Shown: positions 16,227-23,255, counted from the first letter of the stretch. The stretch is 32,000 nucleotides of DNA from Delftia acidovorans NBRC 14950 (GCF_001598795.1 NZ_BCZP01000038.1:9635-41634); one strand, 5' to 3'. Numbers and translations are program-made. The notes: generated from the letters alone by a model not told the origin.

Positions 16227-17621
16227 TCACTCGAAGTCGGCCGAACGGCCAGGGGTGGTGCTCGGCTTCTCGCCGTTCCAGTTCTCGAAGCGGACCAGGT
16301 GGCCCGTGTACTTGAGGTTCAGATCGCCCGTTGCGCCGCCGCGCTGCTTGGCCACACGCAGGCAGGCGTAGTACCGCCAGGCGTCGCCCAGGCTGGGCTT
16401 CAGGTGGATGGGGCGGTGCGGAAAAATGATGATGTCGGCGTCCTGCTCGACGTCGCCACACTCGCGCAGGTCGGACATCATTGGCATCTGGTCCACGCGC
16501 TTTTCGACCTCGCGGTTCAGCTGGACCAGCAGCAGCACGGTGATGCCCAGCTCCTTGGCCAGCTTCTTCAGGTTGCGAGAGATCTCCCCGAGTTGCGCCG
16601 TCCGGTTGTCCTTCGGGTTCGTGGGCTCCATCAGGCCCAGGTAGTCCACGATCAGCAGCCGCAGGCCGTGCCTGCGCTTCAGGGCGCGGGCCTTGGTGCG
16701 CAGCGTGTTGATGTTCAAGCCGGTGCGATCGTTGACGTAGAACGGCAGCTTTCGAATACGCTCGGCCGCAGCGGTCACAGCATGGAAGTCGTTGTCCAGC
16801 ATGCGCCCCTTGGGCCTGCGGATCAGGCTCAGGGAGACCTCGGACTCCATTGCGACCTGGCGCTCGTACAGCGATGCCCGCGACATTTCCAGCGAGAACA
16901 TGGCCACGGTCTGCCCCAGCTTGGCTGCGTGCATGCCGATGGTGGCCGCCAGCGCAGTCTTGCCCATCGATGGCCGCGCGCCGATCACGACGTAGTCGCC
17001 AGGCCGTGTCCCGCCATCGAGGATGTGGTCCAGATCGCGGAGGCCCGTTGGGAGGAACGGCTCCTCGATGCCGACACAGCGCTCGTCCAGCTCGCTCAGG
17101 AACTCGACCATGCCGGCGTCGGAGCTGACCCACTCGTCTCCTGGGCCGTCCTGCACCAGGCCTGCCAGCTGCGCCGACACCTGCTCGATCCGGTCACCGA
17201 TGGGCACAGCATGGTCGCGCGCCAGCTCGCGGGCCTTGTCCACCACGCCCAGCAGTTGGCGGCTCAGCGCACGCTCCCGGACGATTTCGGCGTAGCGTCG
17301 GGCCGAGGAGCCCGAGACGGAGCCGGCCTCCGTCAGGTCGTGCAGGTACTTCAGCTCCACCGCGCAGCGCAGCTGCTCGTGCACGGTCAGCGGGTCCACA
17401 GCCTTGGCGGCCACGGCCAGCGCGGAGATGGCGCCGTAGATCGCGCCGTGGGTCTCGTCGGCGAAGTCCGCAGGCTGCAGGATGTCGCCCACCACGTCGT
17501 ACAGGGCGCTGCTCAGCAGCAGGGAGCCCAGGACAGCGTGCTCAGCCTCGTAGCTGGCCAGCGGCACCGCGACGGCGCCGTCGAAATCTTCGTCCAGGGG
17601 GGGCATGGAGCGGGCGTTCAT
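16227..17621 (-). CDS. dnaB: Replicative DNA helicase DnaB
   Basis: 464 aa from the ATG at 17621 (ATGA overlap with the upstream gene). Walker A GARPSMGKTALA, a DnaB N-terminal domain (AEHAVLGSLLL) and LIVDYLGLM. Confidence 0.93.
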   Translation of the reverse strand: MNARSMPPLDEDFDGAVAVPLASYEAEHAVLGSLLLSSALYDVVGDILQPADFADETHGAIYGAISALAVAAKAVDPLTVHEQLRCAVELKYLHDLTEAGSVSGSSARRYAEIVRERALSRQLLGVVDKARELARDHAVPIGDRIEQVSAQLAGLVQDGPGDEWVSSDAGMVEFLSELDERCVGIEEPFLPTGLRDLDHILDGGTRPGDYVVIGARPSMGKTALAATIGMHAAKLGQTVAMFSLEMSRASLYERQVAMESEVSLSLIRRPKGRMLDNDFHAVTAAAERIRKLPFYVNDRTGLNINTLRTKARALKRRHGLRLLIVDYLGLMEPTNPKDNRTAQLGEISRNLKKLAKELGITVLLLVQLNREVEKRVDQMPMMSDLRECGDVEQDADIIIFPHRPIHLKPSLGDAWRYYACLRVAKQRGGATGDLNLKYTGHLVRFENWNGEKPSTTPGRSADFE

Positions 17622-18577
17622 GCTGTGGTCCTCGTTTTTTCGATGACGTGCTTCATGCCCTTTTCGCTGAGCAGGAAGTCGAGATCGCACTGCCAGCTGG
17701 CGTGCTCTCCGCTGCGGTAGCCGCGGCCCATAAGGAAGTCGTTGTCGCGGGCACGGCCGAAGTACTCGCGGAACCAGGTCACAGCCTGCTCAGCGGTCTC
17801 CGCGCGGGGCGTGTTGTCGGATTTCTTGCTTGTCAGGACGAACTTCCAGAGCTTGCCCACGGCCTTGCGGCGGCCATCGTTGAGCAGGCGAACCTTCGGC
17901 AGTTCGGGCAGGACTTCGTGGTAGAGGTCAACCAGGTCCTGAACCGGGCAGTTCGGCAGTCCAGGCTTGCCAGGTGCGGTTTCGCCGGGCTGGTCGTCGG
18001 CGCTGCCGACAGAGCCGTTAGGCTCTTTCTTTTCCTGTTCCTGTTCCTGTTCCTGTTCCTGTTCCTGTTCCTGATTAGGCATAGCCTTCGGGGAAGCCTT
18101 TCCGAAAGTCTCATCGAAAGCCTTCCCGAAAGCCTCTCCGAGCGCATGAACACTGGCTCTCAGGTGCTCCAGGGCCTCGCGCTTCAGGTCGCATTCGGGG
18201 ATCAGGTCGAATTCAGCAGCCCAGCTCTTGACCACGTTGGGGGACTCGGGCCGGTTGTGCTTGATGGCGTTCGGAACCCACATGACGCGGGCTTTGAAGT
18301 CGGCTTTCACCATCCCTTGTTGGAAGACTTCCCGGAAGGCTTTGTCAAAGGCTTCCAGATCCCAATCCAGTTCCTCGGCCATAGCAGCACGGCCAGCGCG
18401 GAACAAACCGGGAATGGGGCCTGTGTGGGGGCCGGTGATCAGAAAGAGCCACAGGCCCTGCCCGCAGGGCGGCATCGCTGACAGGCGGCGGAATTTCTCG
18501 TCGCCCCAGGTGCGCACCTCGACCTTGCGGTAGCGACTTGGCGCGCGGGCGGCTTTGGGGATATCGGTATCGATCAC
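17618..18577 (-). CDS. Putative replication initiator or helicase-loading protein (319 aa) with an (EQ)6 linker
   Basis: GTG start in GTGA overlap with the upstream small ORF. Lies directly upstream of dnaB. The C-terminal segment (WFREYFGRARDNDFLMGR...WQCDLDFLL) resembles phage replication proteins. Confidence 0.6.
   Translation of the reverse strand: MIDTDIPKAARAPSRYRKVEVRTWGDEKFRRLSAMPPCGQGLWLFLITGPHTGPIPGLFRAGRAAMAEELDWDLEAFDKAFREVFQQGMVKADFKARVMWVPNAIKHNRPESPNVVKSWAAEFDLIPECDLKREALEHLRASVHALGEAFGKAFDETFGKASPKAMPNQEQEQEQEQEQEQEKKEPNGSVGSADDQPGETAPGKPGLPNCPVQDLVDLYHEVLPELPKVRLLNDGRRKAVGKLWKFVLTSKKSDNTPRAETAEQAVTWFREYFGRARDNDFLMGRGYRSGEHASWQCDLDFLLSEKGMKHVIEKTRTTA
18034..18073. repeat. Hexanucleotide microsatellite (CCTGTT) x6.7
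   Basis: Perfect tandem CCTGTT units inside the replication gene. They encode NQEQEQEQEQEQEQE on the minus strand. Confidence 0.95.
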
Positions 18578-18723
18578 TGCGCGCGCCCTTCATAGGCGGC
18601 AGCGAAGGCCTGGCCAGCGGGTGTCGTGGCTGGCCAAGGGCATGCCTGTTCCAGGGGCTGGCCAGCAGCGCGCGCGGCAGCCGCCAGGGCCTTGATGCGG
18701 TCGAGGCTGACGACTTCAGACAT
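18574..18723 (-). CDS. Small hypothetical protein (49 aa)
   Basis: ATG at 18723 with GAGGAGGG SD. ATGTCTGA overlap with the upstream stop. It is the internal start of the track ORF 18574-18816. Confidence 0.4.
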   Translation of the reverse strand: MSEVVSLDRIKALAAAARAAGQPLEQACPWPATTPAGQAFAAAYEGRAQ

Positions 18724-19249
18724 TGCCGCCCTCCTCGCCCCGGGGAGCCGATGCCGCGCTGAATGGATTGCTGGGCACGCGGGCCATCGTGATACTGGAC
18801 CTATGCCATTGCTCAACAGCCCAGCAGTTCAGGATCTGACGAATCACCGCGCCGCGGCTGGCGTCGGGGTCCACGCTCTCGTTCAGGTTGCGAACGTAGG
18901 CCTCGATCACGTCCAGCGTGAACGTGCGCACCGAAGCCCGCACCTCGACATAGTCGCTCTCGACGTCCCGGCCCGGGCGCAGGCGGACCTGCACGACTTC
19001 GAAGGGGTTCTCGGGCACCAGGCCCACCTTCATCTTCGATTCGTTCCAGCAGCGGTTGGCCCAGTCGTCCAGGACCTCGGTGATGATCTGGTTGCGGCTG
19101 GTGCGCGGGTCGGCATAGCGCAGGCGGCTGTGCAGTTCGGCCTCCAGCATGTTGGCCGTGAAGCTGTGCAGGTTCACGCGCATGTGCGTGAAGTCCAGCT
19201 CTGGATTACGGCTGCGCGCGTACTGCGGCATGGGGTAGTTCTGGTTCAT
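18716..19249 (-). CDS. Internally duplicated protein (177 aa), possibly a tandem ribbon-helix-helix DNA-binding protein
   Basis: ATG at 19249. Two roughly 70-aa repeats: RYADPRTSRNQIITEVLDDWANRCW ... GLVPENPFEV versus SVDPDASRGAVIRQILNCWAVEQW ... ARVPSNPFSA. First minus-strand gene after cro. Confidence 0.6.
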   Translation of the reverse strand: MNQNYPMPQYARSRNPELDFTHMRVNLHSFTANMLEAELHSRLRYADPRTSRNQIITEVLDDWANRCWNESKMKVGLVPENPFEVVQVRLRPGRDVESDYVEVRASVRTFTLDVIEAYVRNLNESVDPDASRGAVIRQILNCWAVEQWHRSSITMARVPSNPFSAASAPRGEEGGNV

Positions 19250-19435
19250 GTCTTTGTCCTGGCTGTGGTGGTCGTGGAGGACGAGGCCCTGGACGACGAA
19301 TGGGACGTCAGCCGCAGGGAGCTGGATGCGTTGCTGTATGGGCTGGCGCAGCGGCGGGCCGGCAGCGAAGGGGTGCCCGCCACCTCTCGGGGCAGAATGG
19401 AAGTTCTTACACAACCATTCCCGAGAGGGGCGGAC

Positions 19436-19942
19436 ATGAACATTCCAGAGTTACTGGTTGCCGCGAAAGGCGCATACGAGCTTGTGGCCGTGGGCATCGC
19501 AGCACGCGACGATGCGAAGGTCAGCGAAGCAATGTCGGAGCTTCGGCAGAAGCTGTGGGATGCCTCAGCCATGGGCTTTTCCCAGATGGAGAAGCTGCAC
19601 GGCCTCGAATTCGAGGCGCAGGCACTCCGAATGAAGTTGGCCAATGCGGAAAGAGGTCTTGAAGACCTGAAACGCCAGATCGCTGATGACGCCAAGTACG
19701 ACTTGGCCGAAATACCAATTGGCAAATGGGTGCAGGTTCGTATAGAGGACGCGGAGAAGCCGGTGGAGCGCCGCCCCAACTTTTGTAGCTCGTGCCACAG
19801 CGCGGGCCGCAAAACGCCACTTCAGTACAAGGAGGCGACGGTAAGTGAGCCGAGCCGCCTCTACTGCCCTGTGGAGAGCAAGCACTCGATTTACTTTGGA
19901 GAACGGCTTCCGCAGGCCTCGACTCAGCCACTTCTCTACTGA
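19436..19942 (+). CDS. Hypothetical coiled-coil protein with a C-terminal Cys/His cluster (168 aa), encoded antisense to the early-right operon
   Basis: ATG at 19436 with GAGAGGGG SD. One counted line gives about 52% GC. Helical N-terminal region, then CSSCH-(x21)-CPVESKH. No plausible minus-strand gene occupies 19250-19973. Confidence 0.6.
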   Translation: MNIPELLVAAKGAYELVAVGIAARDDAKVSEAMSELRQKLWDASAMGFSQMEKLHGLEFEAQALRMKLANAERGLEDLKRQIADDAKYDLAEIPIGKWVQVRIEDAEKPVERRPNFCSSCHSAGRKTPLQYKEATVSEPSRLYCPVESKHSIYFGERLPQASTQPLLY

Positions 19943-19973
19943 AGCGCAGGCCGTTAGCATCTGGCGCCACGCG

Positions 19974-20237
19974 TCATGCATGGCCCGCCTCCTGAGTGCC
20001 TGGCTGGGGGGCGGGTACTGGCAGGGGCTCTCGCCCGTAGACCTGATCAAGGCTCACCACAAGCCCGCGACCAAGGGAGAAATCAATCAGCCGAAGCGCG
20101 ACATGCACGGGCATGGACTGCTGCCCGGATTCGTAGTTGGCGATGTTTCCTTGGCTGCATTCGATGCCAACGCCAAGCTCTTTTTGGGTCACCCCCAGGA
20201 GCGACCGGATGGGTTTGAGTGTCTGCATGACGCTCAT
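19974..20237 (-). CDS. cro: Cro-like HTH (XRE family) repressor; the true start is probably the ATG at 20228
   Basis: HTH LGVTQKELGVGIECSQGNIANYESG. The long track ORF 19974-20657 is antisense to cI over its first 140 codons. The first ATG (20237) lies inside the predicted -10 element. Confidence 0.8.
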   Translation of the reverse strand: MSVMQTLKPIRSLLGVTQKELGVGIECSQGNIANYESGQQSMPVHVALRLIDFSLGRGLVVSLDQVYGREPLPVPAPQPGTQEAGHA

Positions 20238-20301
20238 TATCAGCGCCGCTGGTTTGACAGTCAACCAGCGGCGCTGATCGATCAAAACCAGCGCGCCTGA
20301 T
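20236..20301. promoter_or_regulatory. OR-like operator cluster with divergent promoters for cro (minus) and cI (plus)
   Basis: 15-bp palindromic sites ATCAGCGCCGCTGGT (20239-20253), ACCAGCGGCGCTGAT (20264-20278) and degenerate ACCAGCGCGCCTGAT (20287-20301). On the minus strand, TTGACT (20259-20264) -17 nt- GATAAT (20236-20241). Confidence 0.75.
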
Positions 20302-20310
20302 ACTTGAGCC

Positions 20311-21018
20311 ATGAGTAGCAAGAAAGCCATAGTCACGGACGAGCACCGCGAAGAGGCGCGGGCCCTGCGTGAAATCTGGAACAGGGTCAAGCCCAGAAAC
20401 CAGAAGGAGTTCGGCGCAGAGTTCGGGATCGGCGGGCAGACCGCCGTCAGCAACTTCCTGAGCGGCACATCGGCCCTCAGCCTGAAAGCGGCGGCGGGCT
20501 TCGCTGCTGGCTTGGGCTGCCGCATCGAGGACTTCAGCCCCCGTCTGGCAGCCCCCGCAGCACAGATCGCCGAGCTGACGCCTCCCCCACCGCCATCAAG
20601 CGACGAATACACGTCAGTTCGATATGCAAACGTGCGCTTCGCAAATGGTTCGGGCAAGGTGGCCTACGTCGCTGCCGACAAGCCCGCCCTGGTGTTCCGC
20701 ACCGACTTCCTGAAGAGAGCGGGTGTCTCCCAGGCAAATGCCGTCGTGGTGGATGCCAAGGGACACAGCAACGAGCCGAAGATTCCCGACGGCTCTATCG
20801 TCTTGGTGGACCGAGGAGACAAAGAGCGTCTGAACGGAGACTTCTACGCGTTCCGTGCTGACGGCGAATTGCTAATCAAGCGCCTACAGAACGTTCCCGG
20901 GGCAGGCGTCCTTGCGATTGCTGAAAACCCGAGCTTCAAACCCAAGCAGGTCATGTACCAAGAAGGCGATGATTTCGAGGTAATTGGGCGGGCTGTCTGG
21001 GCCGGCATCATGCTCTGA
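20311..21018 (+). CDS. cI: CI-like repressor (N-terminal XRE HTH, C-terminal S24 LexA-like peptidase)
   Basis: 235 aa. HTH QKEFGAEFGIGGQTAVSNFLSG. S24 motifs GHSNEP (Ser153) and LIKRL (Lys190). Divergent from cro. No SD before the ATG. Confidence 0.9.
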   Translation: MSSKKAIVTDEHREEARALREIWNRVKPRNQKEFGAEFGIGGQTAVSNFLSGTSALSLKAAAGFAAGLGCRIEDFSPRLAAPAAQIAELTPPPPPSSDEYTSVRYANVRFANGSGKVAYVAADKPALVFRTDFLKRAGVSQANAVVVDAKGHSNEPKIPDGSIVLVDRGDKERLNGDFYAFRADGELLIKRLQNVPGAGVLAIAENPSFKPKQVMYQEGDDFEVIGRAVWAGIML

Positions 21019-21049
21019 ACCTACCGCCCCACTCGTTCCACTCCAGCTC

Positions 21050-21078
21050 AAAAGACCCGCACCTCGCGGGTTTTTTTT
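21050..21078 (+). terminator. Intrinsic terminator after cI
   Basis: CCCGC / GCGGG stem (21056-21070) followed by an 8-T run (21071-21078). Confidence 0.75.
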
Positions 21079-21096
21079 CGTCCATTCGCAAGAACT

Positions 21097-21160
21097 ACCA
21101 GCGCACAGGAAATAAAAATCAGCGGCGCTGGTTGACACACATACCAGCGCCGCTGATAAT
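21097..21160 (+). promoter_or_regulatory. PL-like promoter with an OL-like operator cluster
   Basis: TTGACA (21132-21137) -17 nt- GATAAT (21155-21160). Operator palindromes ATCAGCGGCGCTGGT (21118-21132) and ACCAGCGCCGCTGAT (21143-21157), plus a possible half-site at 21097-21111. Confidence 0.75.
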
Positions 21161-21538
21161 AAATCCCAGCAGCCCACACAGCGCATCAGCGCCAGGGCTG
21201 TTGGGCACCACGGCATCGACCGGCGCGCTCTGGCTCTTGCAGCAAGCACGGCTGGGTAAAGACAGGGCACCGCGGGCATGGCGCGGATGGATTCCTAAAC
21301 CTGCCGGTGCGAAGGCTAGTAGCGCTCTGCCCCTGGATGGGATCAGGCATCGCGAACGAGATATGGCGCCGCATGTATGCCGGACTTGAGCCGGCAGCAG
21401 GCGAGCTACCGCTGCACTGCGAACCGCCTCCTGGGTCAAGAAAACGGGAGTGAGGCATGAACTGGGATGCCAAGAAAAGAAAAGCCCAGATCAACGCCCT
21501 CCCCGAGCGCATCGGGGCGAAACAAAAGAGGCTTCTCG

Positions 21539-21946
21539 ATGCGGGAGGCCTTTTCTGTTTCCGCCACCACCACAGGAGAGACCACCGTGACCGTTTCAGC
21601 TCCCACAGGCCTGCGCCAAGCACAGGCCGCCCAATCCGCCCTCGCTACAGCAGGCATTGGAGCGCTCTATGAGGGCACCCAGGCAGCCGCCATTCCAGTC
21701 AGTCAGGTCGAAGCCGCGCTCAGCCGGATCGATGCAGGCATGGAGGACTTGCAGAACACTATCAGGCGCATTTCCGGCCGGTTGGAGCCTGTGCTGTCGG
21801 CGGCCGGCGTCTCTGCCGAGGGCAGTGCGCACGAAGCCGAGCCTGCATCCCCCACTCCTCTGGTGCGCCGACTCAATGACCTGGCCACCGAGTTGCGCGA
21901 GGACTGCGCGGCCCTGCAGGACCTGGAGCGGCGCCTGGCGCTGTGA
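21539..21946 (+). CDS. Hypothetical protein (135 aa), first clear gene of the early-left operon
   Basis: ATG at 21539 with AAGAGG SD. It is the internal start of the track ORF 21467-21946. No motif recognised. An alternative overlapping ORF at 21457 is discussed in findings. Confidence 0.55.
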   Translation: MREAFSVSATTTGETTVTVSAPTGLRQAQAAQSALATAGIGALYEGTQAAAIPVSQVEAALSRIDAGMEDLQNTIRRISGRLEPVLSAAGVSAEGSAHEAEPASPTPLVRRLNDLATELREDCAALQDLERRLAL

Positions 21947-22239
21947 TAGGGATGGCCAGGACCACCACCGCGCCCACCGGGCAGATTGCCCCGCTCGGCC
22001 TGCGCATGCTGCCGAAGATGCGGGAGCGAATTGAACAGGCGGCGCGGGAAAGCGGCCGCAGCCTCAACGCCGAGATCGTCCACCGCCTGGCCCAGACCCT
22101 GGGCGAGGACTTCGCCGCAGAGCAGCCGGAGGCGCAGCCGGTGCTGGCCGAGATGGCCGGCTACCTGCGAGAGCTGCGCGACATGGCGCGGGCGCAGGCT
22201 GAGCAATCCCGACAGAGCGCATTGACAGCGCTCGATTGA
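21943..22239 (+). CDS. Arc/MetJ-type ribbon-helix-helix DNA-binding protein
   Basis: LRMLPKMRERIEQAARESGRSLNAEIVHRL matches the Arc-family pattern. GTG start at 21943 or ATG at 21952. Confidence 0.75.
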   Translation: MIGMARTTTAPTGQIAPLGLRMLPKMRERIEQAARESGRSLNAEIVHRLAQTLGEDFAAEQPEAQPVLAEMAGYLRELRDMARAQAEQSRQSALTALD

Positions 22240-22461
22240 TACACCCCTCGGCCACGCGCCGAGGCCCATCACGCAGGCGCCCTGCCCCCAGGACGCCGCC
22301 GCGATGGAGCTGGAGCCATTTGGCAAATCAACCTAGGAGTGGGTTCTGACCCGGCTCCATCGACCTTCACCACCCTTTTCCAGCCGGGCCCTGGGGGACT
22401 ATCTCCTCCCTCCCCTTCCAACTCCCCAGGCGTGCCAGCAATGGCGCCGGCTTTTTCCATT

Positions 22462-22497
22462 GGCCCGCAGCTTCACCGCTCCGGGCCTTTTTCGTTT
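22462..22497 (+). terminator. Intrinsic terminator inside the early-left operon
   Basis: GGCCCGCAG / CTCCGGGCC stem with one mismatch and an 8-nt loop, followed by TTTTTCGTTTCT. Confidence 0.6.
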
Positions 22498-22524
22498 CTG
22501 GCCTGCGGGCCGCAAGGAGGTCGC

Positions 22525-22884
22525 ATGGACGACAAGGAATTGCAGATGCTGGCGGCCAAGGCGGCTGGCGTCGAGTTGCACGGCGAATTCTGCGAGGCGC
22601 TGGGATTCCCAGCGCGCCAGGAGCAACGCGGCTGGTGGTACCCGCTGGCCGACGATGGCGATTCGCTGCGGCTCGCCGTGAAGCTGCAGATGTTCATCTA
22701 CAACGACCACATCATGTCGGGCCAGGTGTTCGTGCGTGTGGGTGAGGAAACATTCGATTCAGTGTTCACTGGCTCCGATGACGGCAAGCCGGTGGAGACC
22801 GAAGGGGTGATTCCCAGCGACTACGCCAACACACGGCGCGCCATCGTGCAAGCCGCCGCAGAGATCGGAAGGGCCATGCCATGA
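22525..22884 (+). CDS. Phage protein, DUF2591-like (119 aa)
   Basis: AAGGAGG SD before the ATG at 22525. ELQMLAAKAAGVEL ... WYPLADDGDSLRLAVKLQM resembles this small phage family. Assignment is tentative. Confidence 0.55.
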   Translation: MDDKELQMLAAKAAGVELHGEFCEALGFPARQEQRGWWYPLADDGDSLRLAVKLQMFIYNDHIMSGQVFVRVGEETFDSVFTGSDDGKPVETEGVIPSDYANTRRAIVQAAAEIGRAMP

Positions 22885-23255
22885 ACGCCCGCCCCCAATG
22901 CCTCGATGCCCTGGCTGTGGACGCCCACGTGCAGCGCCAGGGCGACGACGAGGCTGCCAGCGACTACTGGTCTGTCCAGGCTGATCGCGAGATCCGCGCC
23001 GGCCTGCGTCTCAAGAAGCCCGCCGACTGGTTTGAGACCCGCATATCCGGCCCGCACGGCGGCTGGTCGCCCGACGAGCTGCTGCTGCACGCCCTGGACT
23101 GCGACAACGAGCCCGTGCGCGCCGTGTTCTCGCGGCTGATGGTCGGCCAAGCCAGCGCCGCCGAGCTGCACACCGCTCTGGTGGACTTCGCGCTCGAGCA
23201 CTGCAGCGAGGGCGTGGCCGCCGCGCTGGAACAGGAGGCCCGCAATGCAGGTTGA
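22881..23255 (+). CDS. Hypothetical protein (124 aa)
   Basis: ATGA overlap with the previous gene; ORF on the track. Confidence 0.6.
   Translation: MNARPQCLDALAVDAHVQRQGDDEAASDYWSVQADREIRAGLRLKKPADWFETRISGPHGGWSPDELLLHALDCDNEPVRAVFSRLMVGQASAAELHTALVDFALEHCSEGVAAALEQEARNAG

Noticed and set aside
16216-17133. N-terminal 306 aa of the 464-aa minus-strand ORF 15739-17133
   Set aside because: This part overlaps dnaB in another frame and is Arg/Pro/Gly-rich. Only the last 158 aa (from the ATG at 16215) match RusA.
16218-17720. 500-aa plus-strand ORF
   Set aside because: It is antisense to dnaB (Walker A and DnaB domains are on the minus strand), so it is a shadow ORF.
20238-20657. Long form (227 aa) of the cro ORF
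   Set aside because: Its first 140 codons are antisense to the cI coding region and would start beyond the operator and promoter region. The HTH domain begins after the ATG at 20237 or 20228.
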